Of a stretch of 64,000 bases of DNA, positions 28,372-37,726 are shown one piece after another (the stretch's first letter is position 1; each line of letters begins with the position of its first letter). Source of the DNA: Longimicrobiales bacterium (GTDB lineage: Bacteria > Gemmatimonadota > Gemmatimonadetes > Longimicrobiales > Gaopeijiaceae); the NCBI GenBank assembly GCA_965248195.1, contig CBDFIQ010000001.1:224001-288000 (forward strand), read 5' to 3'. The notes beneath the pieces were generated by a model that searched no databases, was not told the origin of the DNA, and worked only from the letters and a program-made list of their open reading frames with translations. The position numbers were made by a program, and so were the translations under genes.

Positions 28372-30396
28372 CTACGGGGTCCCCGCCTCCATCAGGTAAT
28401 CCCAATGCTCGCTGGCCCGGCCCAGAATCGGCGCCAGGTCTTCGGCGAGCAGGTAGCCTTCGTCGATGAGGCGAAGCGCAGCCTCCGACACGAGGCCCAC
28501 GTACTGCTCGCGGCTTCGATAGCGTTCCTCGATGGCACGTCTCGGATCGTTGGTCCGCTGCCGGTCGACGGTGGTGCGAGGGAACGGGATATAGGACCCC
28601 TGCATGCTGGACAGCACGTCTTCGGGCCCAGACTCGGACCGGAAGAGGTTCCACCCCGTGTAGGTGGCCAGCGGCACTGTGATCTCGGGCATCTTCAGGC
28701 CGCCCGTTTCGTTACCGTCGGCATCGACCTGCGGAACCATGATCGGAAACGCCGATGCTACCTCCGGAGGCTCGACCGTTACGATGCCCCTCGTGGCAAA
28801 CTCGGGACCGTAGTCCACCCGGTAGGCCAAGTGCGGCACGGCGGGCTGGCCCACATCAGGCAGCTGTGGGAACTCCAGCTGTTCGGGAAGTACCAGATCA
28901 CCGTCGTCGATGCGTGGGTAGTTGCTCATAGGCGGCGCCGAGTCGTCCGTGGCCCAGCGGTTCATGGCCAGCAACAGACTGCGCATGAACCAGGAATAGT
29001 CGTTGGGGTTGCTCAGCTGCTGTCCGCTCCGCTGCACCGGCGGGAAGCTGCCCGGGCCGTGCTGCCCACCGGCAAAGGAATAGATGCGCACGTTGTCCAT
29101 CAGTGGACTGTCGGCCGTGCCATCGATCGTGGTATGGATCAGCGACGCCGCGCGTCCCCAGTACTCGTACGACGAGTTCGTGTAGAAGATCTTCGGCATG
29201 AACGCCCGCTCCACGCGGTCGAGCAGTCCTTCCCGCAAACCGGTGTCGGGGTCGGTCTGCGCGATGTCGGTGAAGGGGAAGATGTCGCTCGGGTACAACT
29301 TGTTCAGATACGGATGCCCGTCGCGGGACGCTTGGGCGAATCGATGGTTGAAGCTGCCGCGGCCGCCACCGGCGACGTGTGACATGACGCCGTCGAACGC
29401 TTTTTGGTGGTCCTCGGTTTCATTGAATCCGTAGTACAGGAACGTCCGCAGGAACCGGCCGCTCTGCGAGACCCCCCACGCCAGCGCGTGGTCGATGGCG
29501 CCGGCCGGGATGGATAGCTCTTCCGCGGCGCCGTACTTGAGTAGCGCCACCGCATCTCGGACGGCTGCCGGACCCAGGCCGACCAGCGGCGGGTCCTGTG
29601 CCACGTAGACGACGTCGTAGATCTTGTTGGGCTCGAATCCGCCCTCCAGGTAGACGCGGGTCCGGTCGGGCACCACCTGCCCATTCTCCAGGCGAGCGAA
29701 CCTCCACTCACTCCGCGGAACCACCCGGCGCGATTGATCCACCCCGTCACGCACGGTCATCATGTTCGCTGCATCGTTTGGGTCGGCGACCTCGTAGGCG
29801 GCATGGTTCCGGTCCGCCAAGGATCGGTCGAACGCCCGCTCCTGTACGATGACTTCGCTTCGGACCAGGCCTTCGATCGCGGTCACACCGTCGGTTGCGA
29901 TGGGCGTGGACAGCCGCACAAGCCCATCCCGAGTGGGCACGTCGAACTGCCAGCCCAGCCAGAGTAGCGAAAAACCGTTCTCCAGGAGGAGGCCGTCCCC
30001 CATTTGCTCAGCGGTCAGCGGGTCCAGACTTCCGGAGGCGTTGTTGAAGTAGCCCAGCATGCCTTTTCCGCCGCGATTCGACACCTCGTACAGAAGGGTG
30101 CCGTTGCCGCGTCCCACATCCTTGGGCTTGATCAAGAAGAAGTCGGAGCTGAATTCAACCAGGCCGTCGGCATTCCTGGGCGCGAGCCCGATGTCGGTGA
30201 TGATCCCGTTGGCCGGATTGTCAGGGTCGACCGCGAAGTAGATCGTGCCGACCAGTTTTTCGTACGGCCCGGCCAATCCGAACCACATCCCGCCCGCCAG
30301 ATCCATCCTGTATCGCACTTCGATCCGTACGACTCTCGCATCGGCGCTCGACGCGAAGCACAACACGGTTAGAAGAGTCAAGATTGTCCGAGTCAT
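28372..30396 (-). CDS. Exported alpha/beta hydrolase-domain protein (Abhydrolase_10-like)
   Basis: Signal peptide; YEVSNRG, WGVSQSGRFLR, SSYEYWGR, VDADGNE, PLATYTGWN. Confidence 0.9.
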   Translation of the reverse strand: MTRTILTLLTVLCFASSADARVVRIEVRYRMDLAGGMWFGLAGPYEKLVGTIYFAVDPDNPANGIITDIGLAPRNADGLVEFSSDFFLIKPKDVGRGNGTLLYEVSNRGGKGMLGYFNNASGSLDPLTAEQMGDGLLLENGFSLLWLGWQFDVPTRDGLVRLSTPIATDGVTAIEGLVRSEVIVQERAFDRSLADRNHAAYEVADPNDAANMMTVRDGVDQSRRVVPRSEWRFARLENGQVVPDRTRVYLEGGFEPNKIYDVVYVAQDPPLVGLGPAAVRDAVALLKYGAAEELSIPAGAIDHALAWGVSQSGRFLRTFLYYGFNETEDHQKAFDGVMSHVAGGGRGSFNHRFAQASRDGHPYLNKLYPSDIFPFTDIAQTDPDTGLREGLLDRVERAFMPKIFYTNSSYEYWGRAASLIHTTIDGTADSPLMDNVRIYSFAGGQHGPGSFPPVQRSGQQLSNPNDYSWFMRSLLLAMNRWATDDSAPPMSNYPRIDDGDLVLPEQLEFPQLPDVGQPAVPHLAYRVDYGPEFATRGIVTVEPPEVASAFPIMVPQVDADGNETGGLKMPEITVPLATYTGWNLFRSESGPEDVLSSMQGSYIPFPRTTVDRQRTNDPRRAIEERYRSREQYVGLVSEAALRLIDEGYLLAEDLAPILGRASEHWDYLMEAGTP

Positions 30397-30449
30397 GTGT
30401 CCTCCTGCGCTGCCTGCTCGAATAGGTGCCCCCGTTGAGAACCGGCCCA

Positions 30450-30478
30450 ATTGTAGGTGCCGAGCGTCCTGTGGACAA
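30450..30478 (-). promoter_or_regulatory. Putative sigma70-type promoter TTGTCC-N17-TACAAT
   Basis: Near-consensus hexamers with 17-nt spacer, 54 nt upstream of the ATG at 30396. Confidence 0.55.
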
Positions 30479-30577
30479 CTCTGGATTCTTTCGGGTCGGC
30501 CGCCCATGGCCTAAGGTTCCGGCTCTGCTGAGCATCGGTTCTCGAACGAAAGGGAGGGAGAGATCTCCGACAAGGTC

Positions 30578-31441
30578 GTGACGCTCGACAATGGACGGAC
30601 GGCCCCCGTGCTGTTCACCGCGGCCGTCTTCGTCGGGGCGGCGCTGCTCTTCGTGGTGCAGCCGATGGTGGGCAAGATGGTGCTCCCCCGTGCGGGGGGG
30701 GCCCCTCAGGTGTGGAACACCTCTCTGCTGTTCTTCCAGACGGCCCTGCTGGCGGGCTACCTGTACGCGCACGTCAGCGTCAGATGGCTCGGGGTGCAGC
30801 GCCAGGCACTCCTCCACGTGGCGGTTCTCGCCCTCCCGCTTCTTGTCCTGCCGATCGCGCTGCCCGATACGTATCCGCCCGACGGAGGTCGATTGTCACC
30901 CTGGGTTCTGGGCGTTCTCACCGTCGCCGTCGGAGCCCCCGTCTTCGTGCTCGCCGCGGCAAGCCCCCTCCTCCAGCGTTGGCTCGCGTCAACGAGGCAC
31001 CCCGATGCGGGGGATCCGTACTACCTTTACGCCAGCAGCAACGCGGGAAGCCTGACAGGGCTCCTCGCCTTCCCTCTGCTCCTCGAGCCCTTCCTCTCCG
31101 GTACCGATCAGTCGCGACTGTGGGCGTTCGGTTACGCAGGGTTCGTCGGGCTCGCGCTCCTGTGTGTCCTTACGGCGCTCTACTCCACGCGCTACTCCAC
31201 CCGCCTGCAACCCGCGGGCTTCACGTCGCCGCTTCGCGAGACGAGTCGAGACGAGCGTGCCGTCACGTCGCGAGACCGGCTTTTCTGGGTGGCGTTGCGG
31301 CCGTCCCATCGGCCCTGCTGCTCGGCGTGACTCAGTATCTGACGAGCCAGATCGCGCCCCTCTCACTCTTGTGGGTTCTTCCGCTCGTGGTGTACCTCGG
31401 AACCTTCATCGCCGCTTTCGCACGTCGCGAGGTCATGCCCG
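30578..31441 (+). pseudogene. Fused membrane/spermidine-synthase-like gene, N-terminal part only, frameshifted and truncated
   Basis: LLFVVQPMVGK, PLLQRW, DPYYLYASSNAGS; -1 shift near 31297 continuing AAVPSALLLGVTQYL; no methyltransferase domain follows. Confidence 0.82.
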
Positions 31442-31445
31442 TGTC

Positions 31446-31679
31446 ATGTTGGCCGAAAACGGAGCCGACCCCCAAATCTGGAAACGAAAGAACGAACGGG
31501 GATGGACGCCGCTGTTCATTGCCGAAGGCTACCGGTTCGGACTTCCCAGACACTCGCGCCCGACGATCGAGGCGATCGAGCCCCTGATGCTCGCAGCCGG
31601 CATTCCATTAGGGGGACCGAGACCGCCCATAATCGATCAGTACGCAACGCCGCCGCCGCCGGACCCCCCTAACCCCTGA
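31446..31679 (+). pseudogene. C-terminal remnant of an ankyrin-repeat protein
   Basis: LAENGADPQIWKRKNERGWTPLFIAEG. Confidence 0.65.
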
Positions 31680-31830
31680 GAGCCAGCGGCATCGGCTCGC
31701 TGAATTACTGGAAGCCCGCCCCCCGGCGTAGGTGCGTCTCAGCGGCTCCCAAACGCGAAGACGGCCACCTCCGAATATGGGGTGGCCGTCTTCAAGGGGT
31801 CGCCAGCTGGATACGGCCTGCTCTACCGAA

Positions 31831-33999
31831 TCACGGCAGCGCCAGCGCCACCAACGAGCCCGGAAAGTCTGTGCGGATGCTGCCAATCTGCACCACGATG
31901 TACTGCTTGCCTTGGTGCATGTAGGTCATCATCCCGTACTGGCCGGGGGCCGGAAGCTCGACGCTCGCCAGGATCTCGCCCGTCCGCTTGTCGCGAGCAT
32001 GGAGCTCCAACGGGGCGTCGGGGAGAACCTGCGTGCCTCCGCTGCTGAGCGCCCTGGTCTGGACCAAAAGATCACCCATGACCATCTGGATCGATGAGCC
32101 GGCTCCTCCCGTATTGGGAACGTCCACTCCCGCCAGAAGAGGGTGATTCCTGATCCGCTCAGGAGTCTGGCCGACCGGCAACGACCAGACCTGCCTGCCC
32201 GTGTTCATCTGGAAGGCGGAGAGCTGGTTGTCGAGGGGCTTGTAGAGCCGCAGGCCCTCGATCGTCTCCAGCCGCCCCTCCCCTGTGCCACCCCCGGGTA
32301 GCCACGCTGCCACCGTGGTGCCCGTGGTGGGAGTATAGTTGGGAGTGGCACCGCCCTCGTCAGGTACGGCGTACTCCGTGCGTTCTTCGTCCAACCCGTT
32401 GGTGGGCGCCATGAACTGGCGGGCGCTGCAGGTCCGGCTGTGCGACGCGTACATCATTCCCGTGCTGGGATCCGCGACCGCGGGACGGGGGATGTTCAAC
32501 CCCCCCTGGCAACCGACGTTGTTGACGAAGTCGTTGTCGTGGTCGAAGGGAAGCGGTGGCACGTAGAGGCCCCCGACCTGGAACTGACTCAGCATGATCT
32601 GCGCCTGCGCATTCAGCTCCGGAGTGTAGTCGATGAGGTACTCTTCGGTCAGCCCGTCCACTACGATGGGGTCCAACGGTTCCGGCAGGGTCGGGTAGGG
32701 CTGAGTGGCCGCAGTATAGTTGCCAGGGACTTGGGTCTGAATGACCGGGCGCTCCTCGATGGGCCAGATGGGCTCGCCGGTCGCCCGGTTGAACGCGAAG
32801 ACGAGACCTTGCTTCGTGTTCTGGATCACCGCGGGAATCTGCTCACCGTCCACCGTCAGATCCATCAGAATGGGCGCCGCAGGAAGGTCATAATTCCATT
32901 GGTCGCTGTGGTGGATCTGGAAGTGCCACCTCCGCTCGCCCGTCTGGACGTCCAACGCGAGGAGGCTGCCTCCGAACAGGTTGTGCCCCGGGCGATGGCC
33001 CGCGTACGTCTGGACCGTCGAAGCGTTCGTCACGAGGTACACGAGCCCCAGCTCCGGGTCGGCGGACGCGGGAGCCCACGACGACAGGTCCCCCGACCAC
33101 TGCCAAGCGTCATTCTCCCACGTTTCGTGCCCGAACTCGCCGGGCCGCGGGATCACGTGGAACTTCCAGAGCAACTCACCCGTTCTGGCATCGACCCCCA
33201 TGATGTCGCCCGGTACGTTCTGGATCCGGGTCTGGCCATAGCTGGGCTCGTGGCCCACGAGCACCACGACCACCCCGTTCACCACGATCGGCGGCGATGA
33301 ACTGGTGACCATGCCGAGCTCCCTCGGGACCCCATAATTGGCGTCGTACGGTCCTTCGTCCCAGCGCTCCCACTGGCCCCAGCCGTCTAGGAGGTCCGGC
33401 ACCATATCCCGGACACCGGTCTGTGAGAAACCGTCGAGCGGTACGGGCTCGCCCCAGCTCTCCAAGGGCCGGCCCGTCTTCGCGTCGAGCGCCCAGAGGA
33501 AGAAGGCAGGGCTAGTGAAATAGATCACTCCGCGCCCATCCACCTCGCCGTAGGCGACGCCTTTCCCGTAGGCCCGCCTGGGAGAGCGCAGAAACCTGAC
33601 GGTCTCGGGCTCGCGAAAGACCCAGAGCGTCTCGCCCGTGGCGGGATCGATCGCGACCACCTGCCGGCGCGGAGTGACCACCGTGTAGAGGATTCCGTCG
33701 ACGTAGATCGGGGTGGACCGGGCAAAGTAGTCGACGTTGGGGCCGAAGTTATCGCCCCTCCAGACCCACTGCTGCTCGAGATCCTCGAAGTTGGCGGCGT
33801 TGATTTGGGTCAGGGGCGAGGAGCGGGTGTGCCCGGCATCGCCGCCCAGATAGCGCCACTCGCCATTCTCTGTCCCTGGCAGGCGCTGAGCGAAGGCGGC
33901 CGCTGCCGTCGCCATGAAGAGTGCGAACGCGAGGCCGAGGCAAAACACGAGACTCTGCGCTCCAAAGGGTCGAAGCTCAACCTTTATCATCTTAGTCAT
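31831..33999 (-). CDS. PQQ-binding beta-propeller dehydrogenase (quinoprotein glucose-DH-like), paralogue 1
   Basis: EWRYLGGDAGHTRSSPL.QIN, WHFQIHHSDQWNYDLPAAP, TYMHQGKQYIVV. Confidence 0.9.
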   Translation of the reverse strand: MTKMIKVELRPFGAQSLVFCLGLAFALFMATAAAAFAQRLPGTENGEWRYLGGDAGHTRSSPLTQINAANFEDLEQQWVWRGDNFGPNVDYFARSTPIYVDGILYTVVTPRRQVVAIDPATGETLWVFREPETVRFLRSPRRAYGKGVAYGEVDGRGVIYFTSPAFFLWALDAKTGRPLESWGEPVPLDGFSQTGVRDMVPDLLDGWGQWERWDEGPYDANYGVPRELGMVTSSSPPIVVNGVVVVLVGHEPSYGQTRIQNVPGDIMGVDARTGELLWKFHVIPRPGEFGHETWENDAWQWSGDLSSWAPASADPELGLVYLVTNASTVQTYAGHRPGHNLFGGSLLALDVQTGERRWHFQIHHSDQWNYDLPAAPILMDLTVDGEQIPAVIQNTKQGLVFAFNRATGEPIWPIEERPVIQTQVPGNYTAATQPYPTLPEPLDPIVVDGLTEEYLIDYTPELNAQAQIMLSQFQVGGLYVPPLPFDHDNDFVNNVGCQGGLNIPRPAVADPSTGMMYASHSRTCSARQFMAPTNGLDEERTEYAVPDEGGATPNYTPTTGTTVAAWLPGGGTGEGRLETIEGLRLYKPLDNQLSAFQMNTGRQVWSLPVGQTPERIRNHPLLAGVDVPNTGGAGSSIQMVMGDLLVQTRALSSGGTQVLPDAPLELHARDKRTGEILASVELPAPGQYGMMTYMHQGKQYIVVQIGSIRTDFPGSLVALALP

Positions 34000-34164
34000 T
34001 TCTCATTCCTCCCTTGAAAGAGCAGAGTCGGTACCCCCTATAGTGGGTACCCCCTATGGAATTGCAACGCGATGGAACGTGGACGGTAGGTCGGGCACGA
34101 CATCGGCGCAACGCCCACTGGGCTTTGGTTTTTTCTACCGCCCCCTCCCACGAGAATCGCCGCC

Positions 34165-34225
34165 TTGACGGGTCTGGACCGCCCCTTCACGTTATCCCGA
34201 TCCACCAATGGGCCTTGGTTTTTCA
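34165..34225 (+). promoter_or_regulatory. Promoter/leader module B, copy 3
   Basis: TTGACG-N17-CACGTT ATCCCGATCCACCAATGGGCCTTGGTTTTT. Confidence 0.7.
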
Positions 34226-34236
34226 CCGGAGTCGAG

Positions 34237-36243
34237 ATGACCAACGTACGCGCCCTTCCAAACCTCATCGTGGCGCTGCCCGTCCTGGGTTTGCTCGCCG
34301 CCCCGGCCACCGCTCGTGCCCACGTTACGGACGTCGTAATTACCAGCTGTATCGACGTGCTGGAGGGTAAGTCCTTCGGAGAGACGGGACCTTATGAGAA
34401 ATGTGTGGGCAAGATCTACTTCGCCCTCGACCCCGAAAACCCGCGCAACCGCATCATCGTGGATCTGGACAAAGCGCGGCGGAATGCGCTGGGTGAGGTA
34501 GAGTTTTCTGCCGATCTCTTCGTGTTGAGGCCGAAGGACCCTTCGCGGGGGAACGGCGTGCTCTTCTTCGATGTGGTCAACCGGGGCAACAAGCTGCTGC
34601 TCGGGCGGTTCAATCTGGCCCGGGGGTCCACCGACCCAACGACCGAGGCGGACTTTGGGGACGGCTTTCTCATGAGGGAGGGTTACACACTCGTCGCATT
34701 GGGGTGGGAGGCCAGCCCGAACACTCCGGCGGTGTCCCTCTATCCTCCAACTGCCACCGAATCCGGCAGGCCGATTTACGGTCAGATCAGCAACTGGTTC
34801 GTTCCCCTCTCTCCAAGTCAGACCTTCGAGATTACCTCCTCCTATTGGACCGGATTTGAGGAGTATCCTCCGCTGGATCCGGCGGATCCCAGCTACCAGC
34901 TAACGGAGCGGCTCGGCTATCACGGCGAGCCACGTGAGGTTCCGAGGGAGAGCTGGGAGTTCGGGCAGATGGCGAACGGTGAGCTCGTTTACGATCCTCA
35001 AAACGTCTTCCTGTGGACAGGCTTCAGGCCCGGCTACACGTACGAGCTCACCTATGAAACGAAGGATCCACTCGTGATCGGAGTGGGTTTCGCGGCAATC
35101 CGTGATGTGGCGTCCTACTTCAAGTTCGATCCGGATGCCGAGGTGCAGGGTCGTTACGCGTATGCGTATGGTGTCTCTCAGACCGGGCGGTACCTACGGC
35201 AGATGATCTACGAAGGCTTCACCGTCGACGAACGTGGCGACCGCAAGGCTCTCGACGCGATCTTCGTCCACGCGGGAGGGGCGTCGTTGGGTCCTTTCAA
35301 TGAGCGCTTCGGACAGGCGAACGACGGCGGATTCCACTCCCAGACGAAGTTTCCCATCCTCTACCAAGAGACCCGGGATCCCGCTACGGGCAGGACCGAC
35401 GGCCTCGGAGCTCGAATCCCCGACGGCCTGCATCCGAAGGTCTTCCTCTACGAGACTTCGTCCGAGTACTGGGACCGGGGGCGCGTCGTCGGGCTCAACC
35501 ATACCTCTATCGACGGGCTCGAAGACGTCCCGCTCGCCGAAAACGTCCGCTTCTATCTGATGGGGTCGATACCCCACAGCAACGGATCCCTCCCTCCGGC
35601 GGATCGCTTCGCCCAGCAGCAGAAGGGGAATCCGATTGACGTGCGACCGTCGATGCGTGCGCTCTTGCTCGGGCTCGACCGTTGGGTTCGGGAAGACGAG
35701 CTGCCGCCGCCGAGCAGGCACCCCACGCTCTCAGAGCAAACCCTCATCGATCGGAGCGAGATCGAGTTTCCCGGGATTCCCGGTGTACAGTGGCCGTACG
35801 AGGTGCCCGGAGGATACAGGTCGGATCTCCCCGGCCGGCTGATCGACAATCCTCTACCCTTCCTGGTTCCTGCCGTGGACGCGGACGGGAACGAAACGAG
35901 CGGCGTACTCCTGCCCGAGGTCGCCGTGCCGCTGGGGACCTACACCGGCTGGGCCTTTCGCAGCGTGCAAGCCGGCGCGCCCAGTGAAATCCTGATGATG
36001 GCCGGAACCTACGTTCCGTTCGCGCGCACCCGCGCGGAGCGGCGGGAGTGGAACGATCCGCGGCCATCCGTGGAGGAGCGGTACCCTAGTCGGGCGGAAT
36101 ACCTGCGGCGCTCCGCCGAGGCCGCCCGGCTCTTGGTCGAGGAGGGCTATCTCCTGAGCGAAGATCTTCAGCGAGTCGTGGGCGGGGGAGCTGCGCTTTG
36201 GGACTGGCTGATGGAGCAGAGCTCCGAGGCGCTGCGTCCCTGA
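34237..36243 (+). CDS. Exported alpha/beta hydrolase-domain protein (Abhydrolase_10-like), paralogue 2
   Basis: FDVVNRG, YGVSQTGRYLR, SSEYWDR, VDADGNE, PLGTYTGW. Confidence 0.9.
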   Translation: MTNVRALPNLIVALPVLGLLAAPATARAHVTDVVITSCIDVLEGKSFGETGPYEKCVGKIYFALDPENPRNRIIVDLDKARRNALGEVEFSADLFVLRPKDPSRGNGVLFFDVVNRGNKLLLGRFNLARGSTDPTTEADFGDGFLMREGYTLVALGWEASPNTPAVSLYPPTATESGRPIYGQISNWFVPLSPSQTFEITSSYWTGFEEYPPLDPADPSYQLTERLGYHGEPREVPRESWEFGQMANGELVYDPQNVFLWTGFRPGYTYELTYETKDPLVIGVGFAAIRDVASYFKFDPDAEVQGRYAYAYGVSQTGRYLRQMIYEGFTVDERGDRKALDAIFVHAGGASLGPFNERFGQANDGGFHSQTKFPILYQETRDPATGRTDGLGARIPDGLHPKVFLYETSSEYWDRGRVVGLNHTSIDGLEDVPLAENVRFYLMGSIPHSNGSLPPADRFAQQQKGNPIDVRPSMRALLLGLDRWVREDELPPPSRHPTLSEQTLIDRSEIEFPGIPGVQWPYEVPGGYRSDLPGRLIDNPLPFLVPAVDADGNETSGVLLPEVAVPLGTYTGWAFRSVQAGAPSEILMMAGTYVPFARTRAERREWNDPRPSVEERYPSRAEYLRRSAEAARLLVEEGYLLSEDLQRVVGGGAALWDWLMEQSSEALRP

Positions 36244-36321
36244 AGTAAGCCGCCATGGCAAGCTCGTTAGACCGGCATGCGTAGGTTCTCAATTTCACTG
36301 CAACGATTCCAAGGAGATTTC

Positions 36322-37596
36322 ATGCACTTCGCTCTTGGAGGTTTCGCCCTTTTTGCCATTGCTGGAGGACTCGGCGCTCAAACGACCGTCCTGCATTGCG
36401 GCTCCTTGATCGATGCGGAAGCCCTCGCCATACGGGGCGAACGCACGATCGTCGTACAAGACGGACGAATCGCTAGCGTGAGCGAGGGGTTCGCTCCGTC
36501 GAATCCCAACTCAACCGTCGTCGATCTGCGCGACCAGACCTGTATGCCGGGTCTGATCGATCTTCATGTTCATCTTTCATCTGAACAGAGTCCGAACAGA
36601 ACCGTCGAGCGGTTCACATTGGATCCTGCAGACTACGCGTTTCGAAGTGTTGGAAACGCAGAAAGGACTTTGATCGCCGGGTTCACGACCGTTCGTGACC
36701 TGGGCAACGTGGTGGGCCGGGCATTACGCGACGCCATCAACGAGGGTCGAATCCCAGGCCCACGGATCTTCCAGGCGGGTCGCATTGCCTCGACCGGCTC
36801 TCATATGGATCCGACCAATGGCTGGCGGACCGACCTCATGAGTAATCCTGGCCCGATGGAGGGGATTATCAACAGCCCCGAGGAGGCACGGCAGGCGGTG
36901 CGGCAACGTTATAAGGAGGGCGCCGACCTCATCAAGATTCCCGCGACAGGAGGCGTGCTGAGCCTCGCTCCAAACGGCGACGGCCCCCAGATGACGGAAG
37001 AGGAAATCCGCGCAATCGTGCAGACCGCCAGCGACTACGGGTTCCATGTAGCGGCTCATGCACATGGCGCAGAGGGAATCAAGCGCGCAATCCGAGCAGG
37101 TGTCCGGACCATTGACCATGGCTCGCTCATGGACGAAGAAGGGATGGAGCTCATGAAGGAGTATGGAGCCTACCTCGTCCCCACGATCAGTGCCGGCAGG
37201 TTTGTGGCTGAACAAGCCGAAATCGAGGGCTTCTTTCCGGAGATGATTCGGGTGAAAGCCGCAGCGATCGGACCCATGCTCATGGGGACCGTCATACGGG
37301 CATACGCGGCAGGCGTCAAAATCGCGTTCGGAACGGACGCCGGGGTCCCCCCCCATGGCACCAATGGTCAGGAGTTTGGACTCATGGTTGAAGCAGGCAT
37401 TCCCGCTATCGAGACGATTCAGTCGGCGACGCTGACAGCAGCGGTCGTGCTCGGGATGGAAGATCAGCTCGGCTCGGTGGAACCTGGCAAGATCGCGGAT
37501 ATTGTCGCCGTACCAGGCGACCCCACCACCGACATCTCGGTTATGGAGCGAGTTGACTTCGTCATGAAGGAGGGTGTCGTCTACCGGTCCCCATAG
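36322..37596 (+). CDS. Exported amidohydrolase (Xaa-Pro dipeptidase-like)
   Basis: PGLIDLHVHL, AGFTTVRDLG, AAHAHG, IDHG, FGTDAG, GKIAD. Confidence 0.93.
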   Translation: MHFALGGFALFAIAGGLGAQTTVLHCGSLIDAEALAIRGERTIVVQDGRIASVSEGFAPSNPNSTVVDLRDQTCMPGLIDLHVHLSSEQSPNRTVERFTLDPADYAFRSVGNAERTLIAGFTTVRDLGNVVGRALRDAINEGRIPGPRIFQAGRIASTGSHMDPTNGWRTDLMSNPGPMEGIINSPEEARQAVRQRYKEGADLIKIPATGGVLSLAPNGDGPQMTEEEIRAIVQTASDYGFHVAAHAHGAEGIKRAIRAGVRTIDHGSLMDEEGMELMKEYGAYLVPTISAGRFVAEQAEIEGFFPEMIRVKAAAIGPMLMGTVIRAYAAGVKIAFGTDAGVPPHGTNGQEFGLMVEAGIPAIETIQSATLTAAVVLGMEDQLGSVEPGKIADIVAVPGDPTTDISVMERVDFVMKEGVVYRSP

Positions 37597-37726
37597 ACGG
37601 CCGTTTCAGACCCTGGTCCCTGCTTGCGCCCTCTTTCCCCCTCACGACAGATTGGGCCCGACCAACCTGGTCATGCTCCGAGAAAGTCGGGCCACTCAGG
37701 AATCGACCCAAAAACGAGGTGATCCC

